Positions 26,079-41,114 of a stretch of DNA of 64,000 nucleotides are shown here, piece by piece. The notes below the pieces were generated by a model. It was not told the origin of the DNA. It saw only the letters and a list, made by a program, of their open reading frames with translations, and made no database searches. The stretch comes from Octopus vulgaris (lineage: Eukaryota). A program made the translations under genes and the position numbers. The stretch covers positions 20,708,001 through 20,772,000 of the forward strand of contig OX597820.1 in the NCBI GenBank assembly GCA_951406725.2, read 5' to 3'. Position 1 is the stretch's first letter; the number at the start of each line of letters is the position of its first letter.

Positions 26079-26273
26079 TGTTTAGGAATAATAAATGTGT
26101 ACTCTTCACAAGTATAGAGTAAGCCATCAGATTAATGTAAAATTACTTTTATCATAACTGAACAGAAAAAATATTAACACACACACACACACACATAAAT
26201 TTATGCGTTAACCAGTGAAATCAGTGACAATCCTGCTGAAAGTTTTGCAATCAACGAAGCTATCGTTCTCAAA

Positions 26274-26671
26274 TCTTCATATATAAAAGAGAGGTTGTGT
26301 GCTGTCTGTCTCCTACGATTTAGATTCCTAACTACTCCCACATTTTGCGGTGCAGTTTAACCAAAACCGGGTATCTTATAGTCGTGATTCATATCGAGCC
26401 CTTCTGGGTATTAGCGCGCGTCTACGATGAGTCTACGATTTTTAAAAAATTTACCATAATTTTTTTCCATTTTAATGCATTTTTCTGCTATTATATAAGG
26501 GAAGTAACTCTCTAAAAATGTCTACGATGAGTCAACGATTTAAAAAAAATTTACCATAATTTTTTTCCATCTTTAATGTATTTTTTTGCTATTTTTCTGC
26601 TATAACTCTCTAAAAATGCTTATATAGTTATTTCCGTTACAAACCCGAGCAACGCCGGGCGATACTGCTAG
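26274..26671 (+). mobile_element. Non-autonomous Helitron
   Basis: TC...CCCGAGCAACGCCGGG...CTAG; near-identical to 21685-22083. Confidence 0.88.
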
Positions 26672-27676
26672 TTGTGATATAAAGTAAACACATTCAGCAC
26701 GATAAAATTCTCCTCCATTATAGGTTACACTGAAAATACTTAAGACTGTGTCCTCCCATATTTGATCTAATACTCATAAACACCGAAGCTCGAAATTGAA
26801 ACGAATACTGTAAAGTGTATTAATATAAAGAAAATAGATTCGTTTATTGATTATGTAAAAGTAATCAAACCTTCTTCGTTGACATTATTTAGCTTAATCA
26901 ACGCTTTGAATAAAATTAGTTGAAAAAGCAGCACGGCGTACGTAGCTTGTATAAATAGATATAAAATTTACATGTGTTTATATTCAAACTTCTAAGAGTA
27001 GGTTGAAATCAAACGAAAAGTAAACGCTGATTGGTTTGAACTAAGGTATGAAGCATAGCAGTCTTTGAAGTTGTTAACAATACCTGTTGAAATAAACTTG
27101 TCTACTTGTGAAACAGCCAGACAGGGGTTCCGTGACGATGTTTTTAAAATGCTCTATTAGCTAAACCAGAGTAACAACTCCACAATTCTGACAACCCTTT
27201 AACAGTAAAAATCTAATCGTTTAGATGCAACAAATCAAACAAGACGGAAATTCTTGCGTGTTGCAAATCACAAGTATCGACCGATTCTGTCTCTTTTTTT
27301 TTTTGCGAGGGTACAAAATAATAAAGAATTAGAACCAAAGATAAACTGCATTACGTGTCAGTTTGCTGTGTCAGATATCACGACTGAACTTTCCTCTTGA
27401 ATATACATTGTTGCTTTAGCAAGCTTATGTTCTTCCGGTACTAAATAAATTGTGCTTTCTTCAATAATCCATAAAATAGATAGTATTATACCGCTGTTCG
27501 GAGACATATTTCTTCTCCATCTTTACCAGTATTACTATTCGTTATACATATTCCACTAATATTTTACTACTTATGACTGTTTGTGGAGTCCCAACATGCA
27601 GCTGAATAAACTATAAAATCTGCTGAAAACGTATGCATAAACGCATAAATGTATGTGTGTATATGTGTATACGTGT

Positions 27677-28630
<954 letters not shown>

Positions 28631-28984
28631 TATGTACGTATATATGTGTGTATCCGTGTAGGTAAAGTGAAAACTAATGCCAGAAGCACTGGTAACAACT
28701 GTAAGAGCTGTATTATCAACGTCTTTAACATTATAGTTGATCATCTGTATCTAAATTTACGCTGTAGAACTCGAACCAGAGTCGATGTGCAGATATATAT
28801 ATTTTTTTTTTACATTGACCTTCATAAAATTGATCGTAAGAAATCAAAATGAAATTTTAGTCTCAATGAATCGGTGATATAATTTTACAATATTACTCGC
28901 TTTGACAGACTTCACCACTTCTCGACTTTTACAAGCCTAAGTGTTTGAAATAATGTAAATGCACAATCGTTTAAACTGGAATGT

Positions 28985-29220
28985 GGCAGAGCACTCTGCA
29001 GATACGCGTACCCTTAACGATAGTTCTCAGGGAGATTCGGCGGGATACAGAATGTAATACGGCCAGCCATTCAATTACTGGCACAACCCATTTTTGCCAG
29101 CTGGCTGAACTGGAGCAACATAAAATAAAGTGTCTTACTCAAGGATACTACACGCCGCCAGGAGTTGAACTCACGACTATTACTGAATACTTTAACCACT
29201 GAACTACGCGACTTCACACA
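28985..29220 (-). mobile_element. Diverged SINE, D-type head with C-type tail
   Basis: GTACCCTTAACG..GGGAGATTC (C tail) joined to CTGGAGCAAC..AAGTGTCTTACTCAAGG (D head). Confidence 0.65.
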
Positions 29221-29427
29221 ATACAATGCACTCTATGTAAATAGTACAAGTTTAGACGTCGGTGCAAGGGGATCCCGAATACATTCGACAAATATAAACG
29301 AGTATCTAAACAAGCTTTCTGTGGTCAGAAAATTGAGGAATTGCAGGAGAGATTTCGGTCCTATTCGAAATAATTATTCAGCCATTGCACACAAATCTAT
29401 TATTTGTTCATGAAGTAATATTATATA

Positions 29428-29680
29428 TTCTTTTCTACTCTAGGCACAAGGCCCGAAATTTGGGGGGAGGGGGCCATTCGATTAGATCGACCCAAGTACG
29501 CAACTGGTACTTAATTTATCGACCCCAAAAGAATGAAAGCAAAGTCGACCTCAGCGGAGTTTGAACTCAGAACGTAAAGACAGACGAAATATTGCTAAAC
29601 ATTTCGCTCGGTGTGCTAACGATTCTGCCTGCTCGCCGCCTAAGAAGTATATATTTATTTCTTTATTGCCCACAGGGGGC
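29428..29680 (-). mobile_element. SINE family B
   Basis: Reverse complement of the SINE B monomer. Confidence 0.85.
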
Positions 29681-30571
29681 TAATCATAGAGTAATGAGCA
29701 TAGGACTGCCCTTAGAAAGTTCCCCTCTAAGGCATAAATCGGAGCAAGATTGTTTGTTGAGGACTAGCAGTCGCCCATGCATACCAGTCTACCCTCTTCA
29801 CACCACGGATGTTGTCCAAAGGAAAAGCAAAAGCCGATACAACTTGGCACCAGTGACGTCACAACACATTTCTACAGCTGAGTAAACTGGAATAATATGA
29901 AATAAAGTGTCTTGCTCAAGAACCCAACATACAGTCCAGTCTGCGTATCGAACTCACAACCTCACGTATAAAAACATAGATATATATATATATCGTTGCT
30001 ATTATGCAAATGTGTCGTAAGTCCAAAACGTCGGTTTCCAAAAAACGTAAAAATATTTTCACCATTTCATAGCAAAACCGTTGTACTACATTTTGACAAT
30101 TTTTGATATCTTGGCATTTGAAGAAGATGGAGATACGATAGCTTGACAAAAAAAAAAAACAGCAAATGCAAGCAAAGATAGCTATTGATTAAAAAAAACG
30201 CATTTGGCCAAATCAATGAAATTACAACATATTCTGATTTTCGTGTTTTATTATTTGCAATTTTTACAATTGTACAATCATACAATTTTACAACATTGAA
30301 ATAAACTAGTACTTTCATACTTTACGCAATCGTCAGGCTGATGTAGTGAGAGCCGCGTTCCACAATTGACAACTGTCAATATTTTGCTGCATATATGTAT
30401 ATATATATATACATATATAACGAACTTTTGTAGGTGGTTTATTAGCAATTTGAATTTAAAGGTAAAATTTGTAGAGGTAACAAAAGTGACTGGGGGTACT
30501 GACTAGCCGCACTATTACCAGAAAGAAGAGTTAAAACAACTAAAAAGCCACAAAAAGTACTACCTTAATGA

Positions 30572-30627
<56 letters not shown>

Positions 30628-30719
30628 TAATCCAAACAAGAAAACAAAAAGACAACAACGCAAGGATGGGGAACAAATAAAGTATTATTGGACGCTCAGG
30701 AAAGAAGGGAAGAAGGAGG

Positions 30720-30754
30720 GTTTGACGTTTCGAGCGGAGCTCTTCGTCGGCAAC
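30720..30754 (-). ncRNA. Minimal hammerhead-like motif (H6), U4C variant
   Basis: GTTG-CCGACGA-A-GAGC-TCC-GCTC-GAAAC-GTC-AAAC; element ends at (TA)n near 30622. Confidence 0.6.
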
Positions 30755-30960
30755 ATAGGAGAAAGAAAGATCCCGAGACGGGAGGACAGAGGAAATAAAA
30801 TTGCAGGTAGTATTCACGAGGTCACATATATGAAACAACAAATTTAAACAAGAATTTTTTATTTTTAGAAGCGACTAATGTGTATCGTATTTTACAGACA
30901 AGTAATATTTCAAACGTAGTATAACCGTGAGAACAGCAGAAGATTGAGCATTTTACTTTT

Positions 30961-31130
30961 CTTGTAAGACGGGGCTAATTGACAGCAGAGCCACAGGACT
31001 TGAACCCGTATTTCTCGGCTGAGTTCTCTACCATTAAGCTAAACTAAGCTAAAGTGCTCAGCCAGTGTCCGAGCGGTGCGGGTTTGAGTCCCGTAGCTGT
31101 CTGCTGACAACGTTTTCCGTCTTATAAGGG
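30961..31130. repeat. Head-to-head pair of short tRNA-like elements
   Basis: Minus arm TAGCTTAATGGTAGAG...GGGTTCAAGTCC; plus arm GGGTTTGAGTCCC; both end CCGTCTTA(C/T)AAG. Confidence 0.6.
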
Positions 31131-31407
31131 TGAAATAAAGGGTGAAATATACGTTCATGTCAATAATAGATATATAGGTATATAATATATATGTGTGTGT
31201 CTATACATACATACATGCGTACATATACATATGTGTGTATCTATGTATGTATAAATGTATGTGTGCATGCATGTATGTATGTATGTATGTATACACACAC
31301 ATACGCGTGCACACACACACACACACACACAAACACATATATTGTTGGTGACTCCTGTTGCAGAACGTAAAATTTTTCACCAATCACAATCATATATTGA
31401 ATGGAGA

Positions 31408-31449
<42 letters not shown>

Positions 31450-31593
31450 TGCATATACTCTCTTTCAAGTTGTCTCTGATAAAAATGAAAGACGCATTAA
31501 CATCGTATTTATTCACATTTATTTTTATATCTTTCTTTTGCCTTGTAATTGCATATATATGTGTACATGCATGTATGTATATATATGTGTGTG

Positions 31594-31636
<43 letters not shown>

Positions 31637-31695
31637 GTGTGTATATATGTATATATATACGTATGTATATATGTATATATATATATATGTATATA

Positions 31696-31772
<77 letters not shown>

Positions 31773-33347
31773 GGCGTACCCCCATCAAAATAAGGTATGC
31801 GTAATATATAGAGATAAACGCAAATAATACATGCGAAGACACATACACACACACATTCATATATGCATATAAATACATATTTAAACATATATATGTGTGC
31901 GTGTGTATATATATATATATATATATATATGACTTCAGTATAGTGGTATAAAAAACCGAAAGATATTGCTTCTGCATCTTGATTTAACAGCTTGATGAAA
32001 TATGTTTTATATCAAGACACGTTTATAAAAATTATTTCTCCAGATTTTTTCTTTTTTTTTTCTCTCTCTTTTATTGAACAGTATGAAGAACCATGTATGG
32101 GTTCCTTTGTTGACTCGTCTCGTCCGCATTTTTTTTTTCTCAGAACGAATTCCGACATCTGTTTATCCAAAATACTGCTTAGATCAATAAAATAGATAAA
32201 TATAAAGGGTTATCCACTCTGTTGGTTGTGAAAATATTAATTTTAGATATGAAAATTTGGTTTCGATTGAGAATTGAGTAAAAAAACATTCCTCTACAAG
32301 TGGAAAACTACTTTATATCTTTTGCAAAATTTAGAGCTTCTAAGTGGTCAATCAGCTGCCCAAACTAGCACCGAAATCTCTTCTAAATTACATCCTAGTG
32401 TATTAAGAAAAAAGGGTATATTAGGAAAATATAATGCTAGATTAACAAGAAGAACGGAATGGTTATAGCTGGAATGCCTTTATTCACAGAACTGTTCAGA
32501 CAGTGCTGAATTCTTGCTAAACTACAACTTAGTCGCCTGAGGAAATGGGAAACCCATCAACTTGAAATTACTTAATCATGTATATTAATTACATAATTAG
32601 ATAAATGATAATGTCTTTACTCTATTGAAACGGCTGTAGAGTTCAATTACATTATGAATCATTTGTGAAACTTTTGCTCCCATTCTATTCATTTTCCTAA
32701 GTATTGGTTTTTAGAAAGTTGATTGATAACAGAAGTGAATAAGTTCCAATCATATTTGCATTTTGGTATTTAATTGCAGCTCTTTATGTTCTGAGTTCAA
32801 AGCTTACAAGGATCGACTTTCACTTTCTTTTTTTCATAATTGATAATATTTATCCCCCATGTCAATCGTAAACCCCAAGTTCTTTCAGGCGTAGTTATAA
32901 CTACATTATCTAATACGTACTTCCAGATTTGAAAACCATAGGACCTACTTTGAAATACAGTTAACTACTATCTCTAGCAGACTGCACGACCGCGTAATGA
33001 TCCCCTTGTTTGTTCTTTCTTTCGGACTCTACGAAGAAAATCCCTATCAAGCGGCAGTCGATTCATCAACTGACTCTCACCGAAATATTTCGACATTTGT
33101 GGGAATATCATAAATCAGTATTGTAATTTACGTAAAGTATTAACCTTCAAGTTGCCCTTATTATTTGTGTACTCAGCGCGCTTCAATTCTGTTAACTAAC
33201 TGGACATTGTCCAGGGAAGACTTAAATATGGCAAACATAATATTCATATAAATTAATGATTTAATTAGTTAATTATATTCCCCCATTTCCCTGTGCGCTT
33301 TGATTAATTCATAATAACAATACTCACATATGCCCCAAAATAAAAAG

Positions 33348-33379
<32 letters not shown>

Positions 33380-33380
33380 C

Positions 33381-33446
<66 letters not shown>

Positions 33447-33488
33447 GAGAGAGAGACTATGAGAATTTGCAACTGTCTGTATAGATCC

Positions 33489-33543
<55 letters not shown>

Positions 33544-33546
33544 TAT

Positions 33547-33745
33547 ATTCTTTTATTTGTTTCAGTTTTTGACTGTGGTCATGCTGGAGCACCGCCGTTA
33601 GTCGAACAAATCGAACAAATCGACCCCAGGGCTTATTCTTTGTAAGTCTAGTACATATTCTATGGTTCTCTTTTTTCCGAAACGTTAAGTTACGTGGACG
33701 TAAACTCACCAACATCGGTTTCAGACGATGGGGAGACAAACACAG

Positions 33746-33822
<77 letters not shown>

Positions 33823-33986
33823 CGACGTGCTTCTGTCAGTTTTCGTCTACCAAATCCACTCACAAGAGATTGGGCGGCCCGAGGCTATAGCAGAAGATAT
33901 TTGCTCAAGGTACCACGCAGTGGGACTGAACCCGGAATCACGTGGTTGGTAAGTAAGCCACTTACCACAAAGCCATTCCTGCTCCT
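33547..33986 (-). mobile_element. SINE family A
   Basis: Similarity to 17588-18057. Confidence 0.88.
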
Positions 33987-34070
33987 ATATATTCATGTGT
34001 ATCACAATTTAGCAAGGTATAAAATAATTAAATTGAATTGAATTTATCATTTAATGATTAAATTATTTAA

Positions 34071-34279
34071 TTCTCTTTTACTCTTTTACTTGTTTCAGTC
34101 ATTTGACTGCGGCCATGCTGGAGCACCGCCTTTAGTCGAGCAAATGGATCCCAGGACTTATTCTTTGTAAGTCTAGTACTTATTCTATCGGTCTCTTTTG
34201 CTGAACCGCTAAGTTGCGGGGACGCAAACACACCAGCTTCGGTTGTCAAGCAATGTTGGACACACACACACACACAGAG

Positions 34280-34322
<43 letters not shown>

Positions 34323-34484
34323 AATATGACGGGCTTCTTTCAATTTCCTTCTACCAAATCCACTCACAAGGCTTTGGTTGGCCCGAAGCTATAGTAGAAA
34401 ACACTTACCCATGGTGCCACGCAGTGGGGCTGAACCTGGAACCATGTGGTTGGTAAGCAAGCTACTTACTACACAGCCACTCCT
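34071..34484 (-). mobile_element. SINE family A
   Basis: Similarity to 17588-18057. Confidence 0.88.
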
Positions 34485-35360
34485 TACTTATGTTTATGTA
34501 TAAATATAAAAGTGTGTGTGTGTGTGTATTTATGTGTGTATGTATAGAGAGCGCGAGTGAGAGAAAGAGGGGGAGAAGGAAAGATGCTTTAGGATATAAA
34601 CGTATATTTTTGTGACTTAAATTACATTAGTGCATAAACATTTCACTTCAAAGTTGTCTCATTTTAAGTCCCAGAACGTAATTCCCATGCAGTTTAATGT
34701 TATAATATAAACTACTATAATTTTATCAAGAGCAACAGATATTCCCTTAAATGTATTTATTCCTATAAGAATCTTAGAATTAATCGGAATTCATGAACTA
34801 ATTCAATTCATTAGACAGACAATACCAAACACAGATTCATTCAATCAAAATTGCACTTAACAACAACTAGAAATTAACATTACAGATGTTTGTGGGATAC
34901 ACCATCAAATCATATTTCACTGTCATGACTTTTGCGTATCGATTCATTTTATCAGAATACATATGCAAGAGTAACTCCAATTCATGTGGATATCGCATGT
35001 CCCAAGAATATCGAATGAATACATGTGTGTATACATGAATTTATGAATGTATACATCAACGTGTGTATCTACGCATTCTTTTCGATAGTAAAAGCCTCGC
35101 TAGTAAGAATTAAGTTTGTAAAGTGGATAGAGATGTTTGAAGGGTTGCTAAGGTCCAAAGGTAGTATGCCTGTCATACCTACAGGATATACAGACATACA
35201 TACACACATAATACACACACGCGCGCGCGCACACACACACAAATACACACACATATGTGTGTGTGTGTGTATAAAGCAAATAAGTAACAACGATGTCCAG
35301 GTATCAGTGCGTTACGGCCATTTCAAGCGGCTCCAGTCAACTGAATTTTAATTTTAATTG

Positions 35361-35396
<36 letters not shown>

Positions 35397-35478
35397 GTTT
35401 GACTTTTGCTTTACATTTGCACAAGCTGGCTCCAAGTCTCACCTAGAGACCTCAAGAGACAACAAGTTGGAAGTTCAT
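35397..35478 (-). mobile_element. Probable LINE 3'-end fragment in (TAA)n
   Basis: 80-bp unique island flanked on both sides by (TTA)n; TAA targeting is known for Dong/R4 elements. Confidence 0.4.
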
Positions 35479-35634
35479 TATTATTATCATTATTATTATT
35501 ATTATTATGATTATTATTATTATCGTATATTGATAGAAAGTGTAAGACAACAAAAGAATGAAAGAGACCTCGATTTTTTGTAAATCGAGGAATTTATCTG
35601 TAAATATAATACGTGACAATTATTCAGTAGCCAT

Positions 35635-35695
35635 GATAAAACTCTGAGTTTCGGATGTCGGAGCGAAAACCCACGCCGCCATTTCTTCAGTTATC
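35635..35695 (-). ncRNA. Type I hammerhead ribozyme (H7)
   Basis: Stem I GATAA/TTATC; CTGAAGA; imperfect stem II; GAAAC-T-CAG-A-GTT; downstream sequence shared with 49860-49975 and 51246-51362. Confidence 0.68.
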
Positions 35696-35959
35696 CGGCC
35701 ATCGAAAAAATTACTATGAAAATGAGCGTTAAACAAAGGGAAATTATTGTGTGATTGACCGTTATTATTAAGACAAGAAGAGGTATTAGACTGACCGCTA
35801 AGTGAGGGGAGGGAGTAAATTTAAGGGAATAAAAATGTTCGTAATTTTCACGTAAACGCGCATGTCCATACCTACACATGCGCGCCCGTACACCCACGAA
35901 TAATTATCACATATTATATTTACAGATATATATATATATATAATATATATATATATATA

Positions 35960-36265
35960 TCTTTATATATAAAACTGTAGTTGTGTGTGTGTCTGTCTAC
36001 TCCGATTTAGATTCCTAACTACTCCCACATTTTGCGGTGCAGTTTAACCAAAACCGAGTATCTTATAGTTGTGATTCATATCGAGCCCTTCTGGGTATTA
36101 GCGCGCGTCTACGGTGAGTCTACGATTAAAACAAAAATTTACCATCATTTTTCCGCATTTTTAATCCATTTTTCGCTCAGTTTTATATAAGGGAAGTAAC
36201 TATCTAAAAATGCTTATAGAGTTATTTCCCTTACAAACCCGAGCACCGCCGGGCGATACTGCTTG
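35960..36265 (+). mobile_element. Non-autonomous Helitron, short form
   Basis: Same family as 21685 but lacks the internal ~100-bp duplication; ends CTTG|T. Confidence 0.85.
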
Positions 36266-36710
36266 TATATATATATATACGAGTGTATTTGTAGGTAGAA
36301 TTAGATTACAAGAGCATCTACACGTATATACAGTGATTTGTGTAAACCCCTGTTTTTCAAGAACGCTCTTTAGATTTCCAGAATATTCATCCAGTCCCTA
36401 CTTAAGGCGATAAATCATAAACTAATAAAGTATAATTTAAGAAATAGAAACGAATCTTCCTTTAAGTGTATTTCCTTTTATAAACCACCTTAGTTTTAAC
36501 TTCAAAACCCGCAATCGACAATATAGTGCATTTTAAGATCTACAATTAAGGAAAGGTATACATACTTGTAGATAGTGAGAAATAAAGTTTAAAGATGATT
36601 ATATGGTATCGATCAATCATAGTATATTTTCGTGCTATATACATATCGATAGAGTAAATTTGATTGCAAATATGCATGCCTTCCTCTCATGATAGTAGTA
36701 AATGTATATA

Positions 36711-37086
36711 TGAGGCGCAATGGACTAGTGGCTAGGGCAGCGGACCCGCGATTGTAGGATCGCGGTTTTGATTCCGTGACCGGCGTTGTAAGAGTTTATT
36801 GAGTGAAAACATCTAAAGCTCCACGAAGCTCTGGCAAGGGTTCGTGGCGAACCTTGCTGTACCCTTTCACCACAACTTTCTCTCACTCTTTCTTCCTGTG
36901 TCTGTTGTACCTGTATTTCAAAGGGCCAGCTTTGTCACACTCTGTGTCACTCTGAATCTCCCCAAGAACTGCGTTAAGGGTACAAGTGTCTGTGGAGTGC
37001 TCAGCCACTTGCACGTTAATTTCACGAGCAGGCTGTTCCGTTGATCGGTTCAACTGACCCTCGTCGTCGTAACCGATGGAGTGCCA
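36711..37086 (+). mobile_element. SINE family C
   Basis: tRNA-like head GAGGCGCAATGGACTAGTGGCTAGGG; matches 41669-42038. Confidence 0.88.
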
Positions 37087-37133
37087 CGTTGGCACGAAAT
37101 GTATGCGTATATATATATATATATATATATATA

Positions 37134-38326
37134 GCGAGAAAGAAGCAACAAGAATGGATAGGTTTTTAGTACAATCGTTTCATACAAGGACAGGCTTTAT
37201 TAAAAGTTGCAAAAATTACAGCATATAAACGTGATTCTCTTTAAATTCATAGCTGATTTCAACAGCAATAAATTAGCTGTTTTACTGGTCAAAGAATAAT
37301 ATTCTCCTCTAGTTCCTAGATGCCTGTAGATTAAAACCAGACTTGCCGTCTGCTAATTCTTCTGTATAACTAGAACCCTCTTTTTTTTCTTTTTCTTTTT
37401 CCCTTCTTTCCCTATTTCTTTCTCTTTTCTCTTTTTTTCTTTTTCTTCTTCCTATCCTCTTTTTCCTTTTCTCTTCTCTTTTAGTCCCTCTCCCCCCTTT
37501 TTTGCTCCCTCCTCCTTTATTTTCTCTCTTTTCTTCTATTCCCTCCCCTTTTCTATTCTTTGCCTCTCTAGAAAGCCCTTCAGCCTTTAAAAGTTAAATA
37601 GCTACTGCCTCTTGTAAATAGCAGTAATGTGATTAATGTGGCAAATACCTAATCATATAACAAGAATTCATACCTACCTCATTGTGTTCAACCATTGATA
37701 AATTTATCGCCTGTGAATACGAAATTCCTCTTCATTTCTCTGGAAATTTACATCTACACCATTGGAAATTGTGCATCTATACAAAGGATTAATTCACCCT
37801 CTCTGTAATGCTAATAAGCAGGAATTGAGACCCGCCTCGTTGTGATTAACAATGGATAAATTTGTCGTCTGTGAGTATGTAATCCCTCATCATATCTCTG
37901 GAAATTCATATGTGCACTATGGATTAGGTCACCTTCTCTGTGATGCTGTTAAAACTTTTTTTTAAATTCTGTGATAAGACTGTACATCATCTTTATAGAA
38001 CTTTAATGAACTTTGGAAATCTGTTTATGTTACTTAATTATCTACTTCATGAGTATAGCCTCAACCAATAGGATGTCTAGAGAACTCACATGTATTTTAG
38101 CTGATGAGTACAGGACACGTTTATATGCTGTAATTTTTGCAACTTTTAATAAAGCCTGTCCTTGTATGAAACGATTGTACTAAAAACCTATCCATTCTTG
38201 TTGCTTCTTTCTCGCTTATAATCACCCCACATTATTGTATTGTTAAAACAGTATAGTTTTTTTGGTGCATCTAAGTTAGGTACCATATTCAAGTAAATTC
38301 ATTTAAATTAACTTGAATCTTTATTG

Positions 38327-38328
<2 letters not shown>
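37134..38328 (+). mobile_element. (TA)n-flanked PLE-like element with inverted partial pLTR
   Basis: 37134-37233 is the reverse complement of 38116-38215 with no mismatch seen; intact hammerhead near the 3' end. Confidence 0.8.
38095..38185 (+). ncRNA. Type I hammerhead ribozyme (H8), canonical core
   Basis: Stem I TTTTAG/CTAAAA; CTGATGA; stem II GTACAGGACA/TGTCCTTGTAT; GAAAC-GATT-GTA; predicted cleavage after 38179. Confidence 0.85.
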
Positions 38329-38382
<54 letters not shown>

Positions 38383-38489
38383 TACTGGTTTGCATGATTT
38401 TTTCTGTGAATTCGTGTGTTGAAATAAAATTTGTTGTGTCTATAGACACATATGATACTATATTATATCATATTTTTCATTATACCATA

Positions 38490-38735
38490 TTATTTCAGTA
38501 AAGCCACCTTCAGCTTCAACAACTGCTTCTATATGAGATCTAAATCATCTACATGCTCGAATCAACTGGTCCTGGTTCATTTTGGACATTACTCTGACTA
38601 TGGTAGCCTTCAAAGAATCTTTGGTGTTATGGGCGTGTTCATTGACCTCTCTATCAACAATAACAATGCTCCACATGCAATAGTCCAATGGTTTGAGATC
38701 TGGAGAATTAGGAGGCCAAATGTTAGTTTCGTTTT
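38490..38735 (-). pseudogene. Tc1/mariner transposase C-terminal fragment
   Basis: IWPPNSPDLKPLDYCMWS...LKATI...IRAC. Confidence 0.85.
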
Positions 38736-38826
38736 TAGTATTCTTGTTTGTGAGAGCAGTCGAGTTTATTTCGGATGTTATCATTTTAAAAATCATCTCT
38801 GGCTAATCATTGAGAGGACGTTGGTG

Positions 38827-38960
38827 TCTTCTTCTTCTTCTTCTTCTTCTTCTTCTTCTTCTTCTTCTTCTTCTTCTTCTTCTTCTTCTTCTTCTTCTTC
38901 TTCTTCTTCTTCTTCTTCTTCTTCTTCTTCTTCTTCTTCTTCTTCTTCTTCTTCTTCTTC
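38827..38960. repeat. (CTT)n microsatellite
   Basis: Direct reading. Confidence 0.97.
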
Positions 38961-39242
38961 CAATCAGGACTCACGCCATTAGCCACAAAGAATGATCTCT
39001 AATTTGAGCCTACTCTAAGCTACTAAGAATGCATGTGGCAACTTGAAGATCCACCCACCACACGCGATAAACTGGCGGTTGCAGGGGCGCGAAAGCTACG
39101 TTATCGTCATTCCATAAACGGTGGCTTTTAACGGGTGGAGTGCTGAACCATCCAGAGGTACAGAGGATTCGCAATCTAGACTTGGGTCTGAAAATTTACC
39201 ACACCATATTGGGTTACACCATGATTCTTCTGCTTTGTGGTA

Positions 39243-39435
39243 GAAGTAGAAAGAAAGAGTGAGAGAAAGTTGTGGTGAAAGAGTACAGCGGGGTTCACCC
39301 CCGCCCCGCTGGAGCCTCGTGGAGCTTAGGTGTTTTTGCTCAATAAACACTCACAATGCCCGGTCTGGAAATCGAAACAGCATTCTTACGATCGCGAGTC
39401 CGCTGCCCTAACCACTGGGCCATTGCGCCTCCACT
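39243..39435 (-). mobile_element. SINE family C, 5' half
   Basis: Matches 41850-42038. Confidence 0.85.
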
Positions 39436-39659
39436 GATTTTGGTGTTGCCCTGGCGGAGGTTTGCGCTCTCTGAGTACTTGTTAATTATTACTTTCTTAT
39501 TGCCGAACAGCAGTGTACCCCACCGTCTATGAATTTGAGTGTGTGTTTGTGAGTGCATATATATATAAAGGCGGTGCTCCAGCAAGGAGTCAAATGACTG
39601 AAACAAATAAAAAATATATATATGTGTGTATATATATATGTATATGTATATATACATAC

Positions 39660-39712
<53 letters not shown>

Positions 39713-39752
39713 CATATAAAACATATAAGTATATATATACATATATATTCAC

Positions 39753-39785
<33 letters not shown>

Positions 39786-40669
39786 TAGTTTAAATTTATA
39801 GAAAAACAAAATAGGAAGACAGGCGTGCATATATATATATATATGTACTATGTATATGCATATATATGAATACATGTCTCTGCATCTCTCTCTCTCTCTA
39901 TCTCTCTCTCTCTACATACACACAAACACACACACACACACACATATACATGCGGAACTGTATTTTGTGAGTGTACGACATGTAAATGGAAGAACACCAA
40001 TAGAGATAGATATTGAGAGAAAGAGAGAGAAAGAAAGAGAGAGATAGAAAGAGAATGAGAGAGAAAGATAATGAGAAGGAGAGAAAGAGAATGAGAGAGA
40101 GAAAGAGAATGAGAGAGAGAGAGAGAGAATGAGAATGAAAGAATGAGAATGCGGAGATAACAAAATCAAAAACTGTCCGTGTCAATTATCGATCTTTAAT
40201 GTTAATTCCCTTCCACCATCACCACCACCACCACCATCACCATCACCACCACCACCACCACCACCACCACCACCACCACCACCACATCACCATCACCACC
40301 ACCATCACCACAACCACCACCACCACCATCTCATTCTCGCGTAGCTCAAGTTATGGAGAGACAGGTTGACTCCAGTTAGTCCCGAGAGCCTTAATTAGTA
40401 GACTTGCAAGGTATCTGAAAGGAAGAACTGATGAATCTAGATTAATAAAACCAGTCTTGGATTTATATTGCAATTTGGAACGGTTTTAATTGGCTATTCC
40501 ATACAAACAATGCACACATCGGAGATACACACTGTCAGACCAACATAACATACGCGTACATCCATCATTATTTGTCTAACAGGAACACACGCACCGACAA
40601 TCACACTTACATCGATATAAGCATGTATTTGAATGTCTATGTATATATTTGTGTGTGCGCCCGCCTGTG

Positions 40670-40712
<43 letters not shown>

Positions 40713-40741
40713 ATGTATACGTGTATATATGTGTGTGTATA

Positions 40742-40796
<55 letters not shown>

Positions 40797-41012
40797 CATG
40801 CGTATATACAAACGTACACGCTCATACAGCAGTTGTGTTGCATACATACTCACGCACTCACACACACATACACGCGCACACACACACATAATATATATAT
40901 ATAAAATACAGTCACTGTTCATCTTTTGACTTTTGCTTTTGTTTATATTTTTGATTTGATTTTTAATTTGCTCATATGTCTGTGTGTGTGCATATATATG
41001 TGTGTATATATG

Positions 41013-41053
<41 letters not shown>

Positions 41054-41078
41054 ATTTATATATATGTATACATATATT

Positions 41079-41114
<36 letters not shown>

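Noticed and set aside
38452-38982. 176-aa Ser-rich ORF
   Set aside because: Antisense of the Tc1/mariner fragment running into (CTT)n
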